Assembly: GCA_036785375.1 (NCBI GenBank)
Contig: JAWMAR010000219.1
Coordinates: 930,001-994,000, forward strand
Length of the DNA: 64,000 nucleotides
Source of the DNA: Leucoraja ocellata
Lineage: Eukaryota
Direction of reading: 5' to 3'
Shown here: one piece after another, positions 12,151 through 25,430 of the stretch
How the letters are laid out: the number at the start of each line of letters is the position of its first letter
Position numbering within the stretch: position 1 is the stretch's first letter
Program-made: the position numbers and the translations under genes
The notes under the pieces: generated by a model
What the model was told of the DNA's origin: nothing
The model's input: the letters and a program-made list of their open reading frames with translations, nothing else
The model's database searches: none

Positions 12151-12999
12151 GTCACCAATATTGTCCGATATATCAGTTGCATCATCACGGGAGATGTTGC
12201 TTGTGATAAGCTGTGTTAAAAACATGTACAAGCACGTTTTATATAAATTCCCATGTCCACATACAGTACGTAGGTAATGAAACAACATTGTAAATTGCCA
12301 CACTCCCCAGTGCAAAAGCTGCAGAACAGCCACTATAATTACAGTGTGACATGTTTGCATAGCCATTTTACATTATGAATGTGTTCCTAAGAATTCATAA
12401 TGGAAATGCAAAGATAGGAACTGAATGTATGACTTTAAAATGGGGCTGAATTCTGTTTGCTTGCCCTGATCCAATTATCCCTCAGTTTCTAACCTCATTC
12501 ATTGTATCTGAAGATTACACTTGGTCCTGATTCACTGCATGCAACACCATGGGAGATTGAACTAGTTAGCCATAAATTGTAGGCACTTGGGGTAATTGTC
12601 TCTATAGCCATTGAAATATAATCTTATTTTACGCTATCCCTTTCAATAGGCTTAACACGGAGAGTATTCCTTTCGACATAAACATGAAATGAATTGCAAG
12701 AACCTCTGGAGAATGGAGCTTTGAATGGTCAGTCATCATCTGAAACGCATTGAGATTCACATGCAGAGCTTTGCGAATCTGAAACTCAAAACATTATTGT
12801 GGTTATTGTCAAAAACATTTCCTTAGTGTGCCTCTCAATCACCGTAATTCTGTTCTTCTCTTCCTTTGACCAATTTAGCTTAAAGAAAGAATAAAAACAT
12901 AAAATAATGATACTGGCTCCAGCAATATGATGTTTCTGAAAATAACTGGAAATGGCAGGAAGAAATGTACTCTGGGGCATCGGAGGCTGAGGGCAGACC

Positions 13000-13370
13000 T
13001 GATAGAGTAAATAAAATGAAGAGAGGCATAGGTAGGGTAGATTGGCAGAACGTTTTTCCCAGGGTGGACATGTCAAATACTAGAATGTGCTTTAAGGTGA
13101 AAGGGGCAATGGTTAAAGGAGATGTATGGGGCAGATTTTTTTACACAAGACAGAGGTGTGCCACTGCCAGGGATAATGGTGGAGGGAGATAAGGCAGTGA
13201 CATTTAAGAGACTTTTACCTAAACACATGGAAATGCAGTGAATGGAGGGATACACATTATGTCATATAACATATGGTAAATTAGATTAGTTTAGCTTGGC
13301 ATCATGTTGAGCACAGACATTGTGAACTGCAGGGCCTGTTCCTGTGCTGTACTTTTCTATTTTCTATGTC
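13000..13370 (+). mobile_element. Old CR1 3' fragment
   Basis: KMKRGIGRVD..FPRV; 3' UTR GGGCCTGTTCCTGTGCTGTA. Confidence 0.75.
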
Positions 13371-14954
13371 CAATGTTCAAATTCAAAGTGGATTTTCTAG
13401 AAATACATAAATAACAATCACGAAAGTTCTCTCAATAACTTAAATTAATCAAATTCTTAGTGGATCATTTAAAAAAATGGCTACTATTGATGAAACATTT
13501 TAAAACATATTGATCAAACCCTTCCAAAGAAAAAGTAATACTGAGTAAATCAGACTCAGTTGTGGAGGTGATTCTCAGCAGTTTAAACATTGTTGGTAAC
13601 ATTCACTATTCTCTTTATTGCTGCAAGCCTAACTAAATGAATTGTTGAATGCGCAGGTTTCTGGTAAAATACTGTAGAAAGCCATGGAAATAATCCTTCA
13701 ATTCAATGATTGAATCCTGATACTATATTTAATAATGAAACAGCTTCTCAGGACGTTTGTTCTCAGTTTCACAATGCCCTCCACCACAGTCAGCCTCTGA
13801 ATAATAAGTGACTCAGCTGCAAGTGCTGTATGAAATAATTTCTGCTACATCCATTACAAAGTCTGAGCATCTGTAAAGCAACCACTGCCTACTGGCAATG
13901 ACATGCTTCTATGTCAATTTTAGTAGCAAGTTGTTTTACTTCTTTCAATATCAAAGTCCCATTGTCCACAGAAACACATTCTTTGAAATGCATTGTGCAG
14001 TGTCACCGTGGACCTTTTAGTAACACACTGTTGTCAAAAACACAATTGTCAGCAGTGACTAATAGTGGTTGTCTACAAGGTGAGGTGCTTTTCTGGTGTT
14101 ATGCATCAATTTGTTTTTTTTCATCTGACCTACTTGATCTTTGGAGTGATAATGGATCATGAACAGCTGAGTCCCCATATTAAATTGTATCCACCTATAA
14201 AACCTATAAAAGACCTGGCAAGGTAAAGATTCAGGCTTCATGCTGCGAGCCTAGTCAGAGTATAAATTAATGGATAGGAACTGATTTTTAAAGCAATTGA
14301 AGCCAGCCGAGTTTCTAGCTTGCTGCTGTTTTTGGTTTCCTTCTGATAACTTCCAGTTTTGTCTTTGATCCCTTTGTTAGGTTCCAATAAACATAGACGT
14401 CGTTCAATAAGCAAATTGTGTCCGTTGAAGGATTGTCGGTGAATTAGTCACTGGTAATTAATCATATGTTCAATATTGCAAGGAAGTCTCTGGTGAAACT
14501 TACTGTGTGGCACACCAACTGCATCGATAGGGGAGATGATGGGATAAATTAGCATATAGTAATTAAATGATACACAAAAAACTTGAACTTCAGCCAAGCA
14601 CCGTGCATTTTGTAGGCATTAAACAGGTTCTTTAACCTCCAACATGACATATGCTTAGAATAAGCCTGATGTGCATCACAAGTCCTAATTGTCAACGTTG
14701 AAAGAAATCAGAATGTAATATCCATAACACATGTAATACCATTTTCACCTGCCTACAAGCCTGCTTAAAGCTCAGCAAAATTGCTTCACCCTATGGCAGC
14801 TAGAACTGGCTTTACTCAGGAAATCCAGATCAATATGCTGCCATAACCAATAAACTGAGATTTTAAAATATTCCTACCTGAATGTACAGGCAAGGAGTAC
14901 TCTTAACCAATTCATGTTTAAATAATTCTGCTCACTTCTGGCCATTGGAAAACG

Positions 14955-15320
14955 GTGTCTGAGACGGGCTGGGAAGATCATCAAAGACCCCTCACACCCC
15001 AACCATGGACTATTTGCCCTCCTCCCATCAGGGAGGCGGTACAGGAGCCTCAGGTCACGTACTAGTAGGATGAGGAACAGCTTCTACAATAATACAATTA
15101 CATTGCTGAACTCGGAGTCCCGCCGATAGATTTCTCCGGTCCCTCCGTCCCCATTGTTTAATTATTCTGTATTTTTTGATTATTCTGTATCTTCTCTCTT
15201 TCTAATTTTTTTAATTTCTTTATGCACAACTACTACGGACTGACGCAAAACTGCATTTTGTTGTACTGATACTTGTATTTGTACGATGACATTAAAGTTG
15301 AATTGAATTGAATTGAATTA
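14955..15320 (+). mobile_element. Rex1-like LINE 3' end
   Basis: RRAGKIIKDPSHPNHGLFALLPSGRRYRSL..RMRNSFY; (ATTGA)n tail at 15298-15319. Confidence 0.85.
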
Positions 15321-15344
15321 TACCTGATCAGCACCACAATGCTA

Positions 15345-15502
15345 CAGGAAGGAACTGCAGATGTTGGTTTAAACCGAAGATAGACACAAAATGGTGGAGT
15401 AACGCAACGGGACAGACAGCATCTCTGGAGAGATGGAATGGGTGCTCCTTCTATCCAGGGATGCTGCCTGACCCAGTGAGTTACCCCAGCATTTTATGTC
15501 TA
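15345..15502. mobile_element. Fold-back Penelope-derived repeat (centre deleted)
   Basis: Inverted arms of the pLTR unit. Confidence 0.7.
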
Positions 15503-15779
15503 GTGCTGTGGTGCTGATCGAAGATCTAATGACTATTATGAAATAAGCTTCAGGCTTTGGTGCAATGATGGATCTTCATTTGTAGGAGGCAACAAAGTCT
15601 GAGGAAGATGAGATGCGAAAGAACGTTAAACTGTTTTTATATCTAATCATCACACCCTTGATGGACAAGGTAATGTGTTTCTATAGTTTTACTTTAGTTT
15701 ATTAATGTCACATGTATCAAGGTGCAGTGAAAAGCTTTTGTTTGCATGTTATCCAGTCAAAGGAAAGACTCTCTATGAA

Positions 15780-16456
15780 TACAATCAAGCCTTCCTAGTT
15801 ACATCTTGCACTAAATGCTGAACCCTTTATCCTTTATCTAGTGCACAGGATAAAAGGTACAAAATTACAACATACAAAGGGTACAAGTTATAAAGTTTGA
15901 TTAAAGATAGTCACCAATAAGGTAGATGGGAGATCAGTATGCGATCAGTATACATGCAAGCCAGCAACAAAACAGAAGGCAAAGTGTCTGATGTGAAGCA
16001 ATTTAGGAGACATCCCTCAATGGTGCTGTTACATGTGCAAATGGTCAAATAAGGCCTAAAGGAAACAAGAACAGTCCTAACACTAAGGGAATATAAAACT
16101 TTATGAAATCTCATCAAAAAAGCATCATACGATGTTGGCTTTATCTGGATATTGGGTTTAGTACACCTCAGCTACAGAAACCAGCTATTGAAGATGAATA
16201 TACAAATATATAAGTTTGAAAATGCATACCTTCAGATTCAGGGACAGTTTCTTCCCAGCTGTCATCGGGCAACTGGACAGTCTGATCAGCAGGAGTGCGG
16301 TCCTGATCTCCCATCTACCTTATTGGTGACTATCTTTAATCAAACTTTATATATTGTACCCTTTGTATATTGTAATATTGTTCCTTTTATGATATGCACT
16401 AGATAAAGGATAAAGGGTACAACATGTAGTACAAGATGTAGGAAGGCTTGATTGTA
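15780..16456. repeat. About 155-bp inverted repeat pair (15780-15937 and 16303-16456) from Rex-tailed repeats
   Basis: Direct reverse-complement comparison of the two arms. Confidence 0.85.
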
Positions 16457-17659
16457 ACAAGTCACTAACCCACAGCATGATGAGTACCATCTGTGGCTAT
16501 CATAGGGGAGCAGTCAACCAAACCAGAACTGTGCCAGTGGGTTACTTTCACATTGGCAATCAGAAACTAATGAAGTCCAACGGTTCTTGGTCCTCAACTA
16601 CTTCTAATCTATATTATCACTTGGATGAAGGGATTGCATGTGCTATAACCAAATTTGCTGATGGTATTTCAATAGGCGGAATACAAAGTTGTTAGGGCAT
16701 AAAGGGATTGTATAGAGGCTTTGATAATTAAGTGAGTGGGCAAGTAATGACAAATAGTGTGCAATGTGGGAAAATACAATGTCCACTTTGGAAGGAAGAA
16801 TGTGTAAGCATATTGCTATTTAAATGGAGTAAAATTACAAAATGTTGTGACACATTGTGATCTGGGAACCATAAGAATCGGACAAAACATTGGTGTGCAA
16901 GCATGGGGTCATTGCAGTCCACTGTAGGTGAAATTACCAACATCTCCAGCTTTGCTGTCCCCAAAGCATAAAGCATTCCAATATGCTCTGTCTTTCAGTC
17001 TGAAGACAGGTCCTGACCAGAAACACCACTTATTCCTTCTCCCCAGAGATACTAACTGTCTCACTGAATTACTCCAGCACTTTGTGTCTATCTTCGCTAT
17101 AAACCAGCATCTGCAGTTCCTTCCTACATATTTTGTCTGCTCCATTGCGACATCTACCCAAGATATGCCTACTCTGAAGAAGTTCTCCTTCTCTCTCCCA
17201 TGGATTTCAGTCTGAAGAAGGGTTCCGACCTGATATGTAACCTATTATTTTTTCCAGAGAGGGACTCCAGTACTTTGTGATTTTCTTTGGTGTAAAATGG
17301 CTTATGCAATTCTTTCCTACACTCTCTGTTCCAGGCGGAATAGGTAGATAGCCTTCCCAAATTGACACAAATAAAGTGAGCGGAAGACAAGTGTGGTTTG
17401 TTGGCCTTTCCATGATTTAAGATTACTCACAGCTTTGTATCCTCATTCCCTTCACATTGAGTTCAGGGACTCGGGGCAGCACAGAATACGAACCTGGTCG
17501 GTACTCTGGCAGTATTGAGCGCACTTGTATCCCACACTAGTCATTTAACCCATCCCTATTTCTATTAGACTATCAAGTTACCAACCAGCTGCTGGATATG
17601 ACATCAGGCTTCTGTCAGAAACCTATATGCTCTGACATGTGCACATGCACTGTGACACA

Positions 17660-17960
17660 TGGATCTAGGAGCGCAGGTACATAGTTCATTGAAAGTGGCA
17701 CATGAGTAGATAGGGTGTTCAAAAAGGTTTTGACACATTATGCTTCATCAGTCAGAGTATTGAGTATAAAAGTCGGGAGGTTAGTTATACAAAGTTATAC
17801 AAGACATTATTGAGGCCGTATTTAGAATATCGTGTTCTGTTCTGGGCACCATGTTACAGGAAAGATGTTGTCAAGCTGACAAGGGTATAGATAATATTTA
17901 CGAGGATGTTGCCAGGGCTCAAGAACCTGAGCTATAGGACAGGTTGAGCAGGCTGAACTA
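17660..17960 (+). mobile_element. Old CR1 fragment
   Basis: Degenerate YKTLLRPYLEYR..FWAPCYRKDVVKL. Confidence 0.75.
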
Positions 17961-18149
17961 TCGATTGAGAAAATTAATGGAAATGGATTTTATGCTGGTA
18001 AACAGAGACAAAGTAAATGATCAGGCTTTATCTTATGAAATGACGGCACAGACATGAAGGGCTGAACTGTTTAAGGAGATTCAGCACGTCACTGAATACA
18101 CAAACACACTTTTACAGATGTACTGTAGAAGGTACAGTGAATCAATGAT

Positions 18150-20210
18150 TATGGATGAGAACACACAAGGTAAAATTAGCAAGTTTGCAGATGATACAAA
18201 TGTGGGTAGTTTTGCAGATAGTGAAGATGTTTGTGAAAAACTGCAGCAGGATCTTGATCAATTGGCCAATGGGACTGAGGAATGGTTTATGGAATATAAT
18301 GCAGAAAAATGTGAGGTGTTGCATTTTGGGAAGTCTAACATGGGCTTACACAGTGAATGGTAGGGCTCTGGGCAGTGTTGTAGAGCGGAGGGATCTAAGA
18401 GTTCCCTGAAGGCAGAGTCGCAGGTAGATCTCATGGTCAAATGGCTTTTGGCACATTGCCCTTCATCATCCAGACTATTGAGTATAGATGTTGAGAGGTT
18501 ATGTTGCAGTTTTATAAGACATTGGGTGAGGCCACATTTAGGGTATTGTGTTCAGTTCTGGGCACTGTACTATAGGAAAGATGTTCTCAAGCTGGAAATG
18601 GTACAGAGAAGATTTACGAGAATGTTGCCAGGGTACAGGATCTGAACAATAGGAATAGGTAGAGTAAGCTGAGACTCTATTCTTTGGAGCGCAGGAGGAT
18701 GAGGGATGCTTTAGCAGAGGTGTATAAGGTCACAAGAGGAATAAATCTCTTGCCCAGAGTAGGTGAATCGTAGAGAACATAGGTTAACATAGAAACATAG
18801 AAACATAGAAATTAGGTGCAGGAGTAGGCCATTCGGCCCTTCGAGCCTGCACCGCCATTTAATATGATCATGGCTGATCATCCAACTCAGTATCCCGTAC
18901 CTGCCTTTTCTCCATACCCTCTGATCCCCTTGGCCACAAGGGCCACATCTAACTCCCTCTTAAATATAGCCAATGAACTGGCCTCAACTACCCTCTGTGG
19001 CAGAGAGTTCCAGAGATTCACCACTCTCTGTGTGAAAAAAGTTCTCCTCATCTCGGTTTTAAAGGATTTCCCCCTTATCCTTAAGCTGTGACCCCTTGTC
19101 CTGGACTTCCCCAACATCGGGAACAATCTTCCTGCATCTAGCCTGTCCAACCCCTTAAGAATTTTGTAAGTTTCTACAAGATCCCCTCTCAATCTCCTAA
19201 ACTCTAGAGAGTATAAACCAAGTCTATCCAGTCTTTCTTCATAAGACAGTCCTGACATCCCAGGAATCAGTCTGGTGAACCTTCTCTGCACTCCCTCTAT
19301 GGCAATAATGTCCTTCCTCAGATTTGGAGACCAAAACTGCACGCAATACTCCAGGTGTGGTCTCACCAAGACCCTATACAACTGCAGTAGAACCTCCCTG
19401 CTCCTATACTCAAATCCTCTTGCTATGAAAGCCAACATGCCATTCGCTTTCTTTACTGCCTGCTGCACCTGCATGCCTACCTTCAATGACTGGTGTACCA
19501 TGACACCCAGGTCTCGCTGCATCTCCCCCTTTCCCAATCGGCCACCGTTTAGATAATAATCTGCTTTCCCGTTTTTGCCACCAAAATGGATAACCTCACA
19601 TTTATCCACATTAAACTGCATCTGCCAAACATTTGCCCACTCACCCAGCCTATCCAAGTCACCTTGCAGTCTCCTAGCATCCTCCTCACACCTAACACTG
19701 CCCCCCAGCTTAGTGTCATCCGCAAACTTGGAGATATTGCCTTCAATTCCCTCATCCAGATCATTAATATATATTGTAAATAGCTGGGGTCCCAGTACTG
19801 AGCCTTGCGGTACCCCACTAGTCACTGCCTGCCATTGTGAAAAAGACCCGTTTACTCCTACTCTTTGCTTCCTGTTTGCCAGCCAGTTCTCTATCCACAT
19901 CAATACTGAACCCCCAATGCCATGTGCTTTAAGTTGAAGGGTTAAGGTGAAGGGGAAAATAGGAATCAGAGGGGCAACTTTTTCCACACAAAGGGTGGTG
20001 GATGTATGCAACAAGTTGTCAGAGGGGGTAGTTGAGTCAGGGACTATCCCAACATTTAAGAAACAGTTAGACGGGTACATGGATAGGACGGGTTTTGAGG
20101 GATATGGAACAAATGCTGGCAGGTGGGACTAGTATAGCTGGGACATGTTGGCCGGTGTGGGCCTGTTTCCATGCTGTATCACTCTATGACTCCCTGACTC
20201 TATGACTAAA
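18150..20210 (+). mobile_element. CR1 3' fragment, interrupted by a younger antisense CR1
   Basis: [21 protein letters not shown]; resumes at ~19940 and ends in a (CTATGACT)n tail. Confidence 0.8.
18788..19932 (-). mobile_element. Young CR1/HER1-like LINE, 5'-truncated, with about 345 open codons of RT and C-terminus
   Basis: SGVPQGSVLGPQLF, KFADDTKL, RPHLEYCVQFWSP; (ATAGAAAC)n tail at 18789-18811; possible GGTTAA TSD. Confidence 0.95.
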
Positions 20211-20984
20211 GTAGTCTGACTGGTTGCATCCTGCATCCTGGTCGGTCATGGGAATTCCAACACATAGGCCTGCAAGTGACTGCAGAGGAAGGTGGACTTA
20301 GACCACCCCATCATCAAAAGCATTTACATGATGATGCTGCATTGGCAATATGGCAATAAACATGACTTGCCATATTCTATCTTCCATTGCTTATATCCTG
20401 AAAAGGTTATTGTGGGAGATATAATTCTATTCCATACTACTCTTACATGTTTTGGCATGAAACCAATACTGCACGATTATGGGGGGAAAATCCCCTGCAC
20501 CTGCAGTTCCTTCTTTGTATGATAGTAATTTAGTTCTATGTTTATCTATTTAATCAGCACCACTAAATTAATTTTGCCTGCAAGGACAAACAGACGCTAG
20601 ATTGAAGCAGCAGCGGCTGCAAAAATATACAGATTATGTTAATATGGAGACAATAATTAAAAAATGAAGTAGATTAATATCAGATAAAGATCCAGCATTT
20701 GCAGATTTTTGATTTTCATATGTTATATAAACATATGTGTGACAACAGCAAAGGTTCATGTTTTGCAGATAGTGTTTCATTGATTGTCAAACTTGGATAG
20801 TAGCTGGCAAAGGAGCTGTTCTCCCTGCTGTTTTATATTGACACGGTGCTTATTTTATTTCCCTTTTGCTACCATATTTCTCTTTTTCCCACCACTGCTG
20901 ACAGAAAAGCACTTTAAAGGACTATATTTTGGGTTGAATATTTACTTCCCATCACTATGGGAGTCGGGCTGGAGGGGGTAATTT

Positions 20985-21295
20985 CAGTTCAGTTCATGTT
21001 CAGTTTAGTTTACTGTCATGTGCACTGAGGTACAGTGAATAGTTTTTTGTTGTGTGCTAACCAGTCAGCAGAAAGGCAATACATGATTACATTTACAGTA
21101 TATATGTACATGATAAGGGAATAACTTTTAGTGCAAGGTAAAGCCAGCAAAGTCCGATCAAAGATACTCCGAGGGTTACCAAAGAGGTAGATAGTAGTTC
21201 AGCACTGCTCTCTGGTTGTGGTAGGATGATTCAGTTGCCTGATAACAGCTGGGAAGAAACTGTCCCTGAAACTGGTGGTGTGCGTTTTCACACTT
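20985..21295 (-). mobile_element. Rex1-tailed non-autonomous repeat
   Basis: Minus strand ends AGTAAACTAAACTGAAC; contains ACCACCAGTTTCAGGGACAGTTTCTTCCCAGC (TTSFRDSFFP). Confidence 0.7.
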
Positions 21296-21469
21296 CAACT
21301 TTAGCCACGATGTTAATAAATTATTAGCAGCTTTCCCAATCAATGTCTGAGCATTATGATGATGTGCACGTCCTTTTAAATTGTGCTGTTTGAAGAGATG
21401 CTGTAAGTTTGCAATCAGGTGAATTTTGGAGCTGGTTGCGCAAGATGCAATCGAGATTGAAACACACAG

Positions 21470-21832
21470 AATAGTGAAAAGCTTGCATAGAGTGAATGTG
21501 GAGAGGATGTTTCCACTATTAGGAGAGTCTAGGATGAGAGGTCACAACCTCAGAATTAAAGGACGTTCTTTTAGGAAGGCAATTAGGAGAAATGTCTTTA
21601 GTGAAAGGGTGGTGAATCTGTGGAATTCTTTGCCGCAGAATGCTGTGGAGGCCTAGTCACTGGATATTTTTAAGGCAGAGATAGATATATTCTTGATTAG
21701 AACAGGTGTCAGAGGAGAATGGGGAGAAGGCAGGAGAATGGGGTTAGGAGGGAGAGATAGATCAGCCATGATTGAATTGCAGAGAAGACTTCATGGGCCG
21801 AATGACCTAATTCTACTCCTGTTCTTATGACC
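21470..21832 (+). mobile_element. CR1 3' fragment
   Basis: ERMFPLLGESRMRGHNLRIKGRSF..VVNLWNSLP. Confidence 0.85.
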
Positions 21833-23169
21833 TTTTAAAGCACTTATTATGGCCATTCGTCCAGGCAGCCTCAAACACCATCCCTAAATTGTTACGCTTC
21901 ATGGATCATGAGATTGATCTCTTCTTCAACTTTCAATCCTTCAACTATGAAGTCACAGTTGATTTTATGGTGAACAATGGCCTGGGTCCTTATCACATGC
22001 TAGGCTTTGTCCTGCCCCCACCTCTTTTCCAGCTTTCTTTCCTTACTACAATCAGTCTGAAGAAAGGCACCGACCTGAAATGTTGCCTTTCCATGTTCTC
22101 CGGAGATGTTGCTTGACCCGCTGAGTTACTCCTACATGAAGATTCAATCTGCCTTAAGAATATTCAAATATTCTGCTTCTATCACCCCTTTGTCTTAAAA
22201 GTTTGTTTTAAATGTTTGACTCTTTCTTTGTAATCAGCGACTTATAGTTCTGATTCTCTCATGAGAAGAAATATCCTCCCCATCCACCCTCTCAAACCTC
22301 CACTAGATGAAGAAAAGTAGCAAGATGAATTAATATATAATGAACATATGCACACCATAACTAGTAATTACTACATTGGTAACAGCTATTGCAGAAGACA
22401 ATTATAAAATAAGCTTAATAATATGTTGTGCACACTGATCACAATCTTATCAGGTACTGTATTTGCGTGGGTAGGATTATTTTTCTTTAGACATACTTTA
22501 GATACACCATGGAAACAGGCCCATGGTGTCCACACTGACCAGCAATCACCCTGTACACTAGCGCTAACCTACACACTCGGGACAATTTACAATTTACAGA
22601 AGCCAATTAAATTACAAACATGTACGTCTTTAACATTGCGGAGCTGCGATCATTTGCCGGTGGTCACCAGTGTTGGCGCTCCAACTGTGGGGGGGCCGGC
22701 TGACTATACCATCGTGGTGCTCAGTCTGTGGAACTTCTAGCCGCAGGTGCTTCCACGGACTAACATCGCGGAGCTGCCTCAGCAACTCTACAACTGCACA
22801 ATCGTGTCGCCACAAGAACCTTCTGCTCAATAAGTTAAGGTTTATTAAGGTCAGCTGTTATTCGTTCCATCTCATATCATGAACTAAGACAACAAACATA
22901 AATAAAAGGGACATTTGATTAATTTTAACAGTGTGGCAGGACTTGAAAAGACATTTGCTTTTAAGTGTCACCAAAGTGCCTCATTTTACTGCACTGCTCA
23001 GATACTATTGAAATATTGATCACTGTGCATCAACAAGGGCTTGCTGATGAGCTTAAATTGGTCTTTCAATAATTTAAACTATGCCTTTCAGTCCTAGTAT
23101 TGGATTATTTAGTTTGAAATTGTATTTGGGTGTACTTTTATCAGACTATTTACTTCCTTATTCAGAAGT

Positions 23170-23410
23170 AGAAACAAAGAACTGCAGATGCCGGTTAAGG
23201 ACACAAAGTGCTGGAGTAATTCAACATGGGGCGGCACTCAGTAGAACAGGCAGCATCTCTGGTGAGAAGGAATGGTGACGTTTCCGGTCGAGACCCTTCT
23301 TCAGACGTCTCAACCTGAAACGTCACCCATTCCTTCTCTCCGCTGAGTTACTCCAGTTTTTTGTGTATGTCTTTGGTTTAAACCAGCATCTGCAGTTCCT
23401 TCCTACACAA
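23170..23410. mobile_element. Fold-back Penelope-derived repeat
   Basis: Inverted arms around CTTCAGAC|GTCTC. Confidence 0.8.
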
Positions 23411-23686
23411 GTATAGAGTTCCTCGTCCTTAATATTCACCACTACCAGTCTCTGCATCCGACATATTATTTTCTGTCTTTTCCGGAACCTACAACATGGT
23501 ACCATCACCAGTCACATCTTCTCATTCCCAAACCTTTTGCTTCATGTAAAGATCACTCCATCCACATCTCCTCGATGGAATGAGGAGGTATTTCTTTAGC
23601 CAGAAGGTGGTGTGTCTGTGGAGTTCATTGCCACAGACGGCTGTGATGGTCAAGTCATTGCATATTTTTAAGGCAGAGATTGATAG

Positions 23687-24395
23687 GGGCCCAAACAGCC
23701 ATTCCAGGCAGAGATTCACATTCAGCTCATCTACTGCATTTGCTGCTCCCGTTGTGGCCTTCCTTTACATCAGCGATACAGTGCATAGATTAGGTGACTG
23801 TTTTGCCGAACACTTGTGCTCGATCTGCCAAGGCCTGCTGGATATCCCCTTTGCTAATCATTTTAGCTCCCTTTCCCATTCACTTAACAACCTTTCTGTC
23901 CTTGGCCTCCTCCATTGCCAGAGTAAGGCCACATGCAAACTGATGGAACAGCACCATATCATCTGTTTGGGTTGCTTACATTCTATTGGTATGAACATTC
24001 ATCTCTCCAATGTTAAGTAACATACCTCTACCCAATCTCTATTTCCTGTGCACCACCTCATCAGGATGAGCACCCATTCCTCCCACTGTCCTGACCCAGT
24101 GCCCTGCTCCTTTCACCTCCTTCGTAAACTCATCTACCACCCCAAATTCCTTATTTTACTTTTATCCTCCCTCTTTTTCCTTGCCCTCGTCTCATTTCAC
24201 ATATTCCCCCCTCTGGCTTTATATTTCATTCCTCCTCTTCTCTCCTTGTTTACCCTTTTTTGTCTCCCTTTTACTTCACTTTATCACTTCCTGCATCCAT
24301 CTGTCGATTCCCTCCCCTGATGCTGCCTGATCCACTGAGTTCCTCCAGCACTGCTTTGCTCGAGATTCCAGCATCTGCAGTTCCTTCTGTCTCCA
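23687..24395 (+). mobile_element. Penelope-like element 3' fragment (GIY-YIG endonuclease remnant plus pLTR)
   Basis: LYISDTVHRLGDCFAEHL..PFANHF..LSVLGLLHCQS..EQHHIICLGCLHSIGMNI; pyrimidine-rich UTR and the pLTR tail follow. Confidence 0.85.
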
Positions 24396-25159
24396 TTCCA
24401 TACAGTAGAGCTTCAGGCTGTTTATCCATCTGGTCTATGCCAGGATTTTCTTCCCTTCCCTCTATGTTCTAACTCTTTGAAGATACTGTAGCTTTCTGTT
24501 CCTTTCTCCCACATGTGCTTACCCAGCTTATATGGGCTATGCTATTTATCTCAGATACTGCAAGTAGAAATATAATGACAAGGAACTGCAGGGTCATAAA
24601 AAATACAAAATGCTGGAGTAACTCAATGGTCAGGCAGAATTTCTGGCGGACATGAATGTTCAGGGATCCTTCTTGAAACTGGTTATAGTAGGGGCAGAAA
24701 GATGGAAAAATGGTGGGGGCAGGACAAGTTTCTTACCATATTTCTTCTTTACCGTGTCACCTCAATTATATTCCAAGTCTCTGGTTCTCAACCTCCAGCT
24801 ACGGTGGGGCTGCCAAAGATTGAAACTGGGTCATGCTGGGGTGAGAAAAAGGGATTTATATTTTATTTAATGCTTTAAGTTTGTTTTCAATGATTCAATT
24901 TGATTTTTATTTAGTACTTTGATTTTGTGATTAAAAAGCTACAAAGCCAAATGTTTTGAAAATGCGAATCAATTTGACAGAATTATCAATTCATTTATCA
25001 TGCTATCCTAAAATATGGGCCATATGTCCAAACACTTGATTGATTTTCAGCCGTGGATGATAAAGGTAGGAAGCCACTGTTTTAAATGTTTCCCTTATGG
25101 ATATGTATTCGACTGATCCTGAGGTTGAATTCATTTTTTGATCATTACAACCACTTAAA

Positions 25160-25430
25160 ATAGTCTGAAGAAGGGTTTTGGCCCGAAATGTTGCCTATTT
25201 CCTTCGCTCCATAGATGCTGTCACACCCGCTGAGTTTCTCCAGCATTTTTGTCTACTTAAAATAATTATATAGTTTTAACGTGAAAAGCTACAACTTATG
25301 TGCGGGAAGGAACTGCAGATGCTGGTTTAAACCGAAGATAGACACATAAAATTAGAGTAACTCAGCAGGACAGGTGCATCTCTGGAGAGAAGGAATGGGC
25401 AACATTTCAGGTCGAGACCCTTCTTCAGAC
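25160..25430. mobile_element. Two Penelope-derived repeats of different subfamilies, tail to tail
   Basis: Plus copy CTGAAGAAGGGTTTTGGCCCGAAATGTT at 25165; minus copy 25300-25430. Confidence 0.75.

Noticed and set aside
18887-20080. 397-aa ORF as a host gene
   Set aside because: CR1 ORF2 fragment; its first ~48 residues are antisense read-through from the older flanking CR1
23580-24020. 146-aa ORF as a CR1/GIY-YIG fusion protein
   Set aside because: Chance junction of two decayed TE fragments; the GIY motif region is frameshifted
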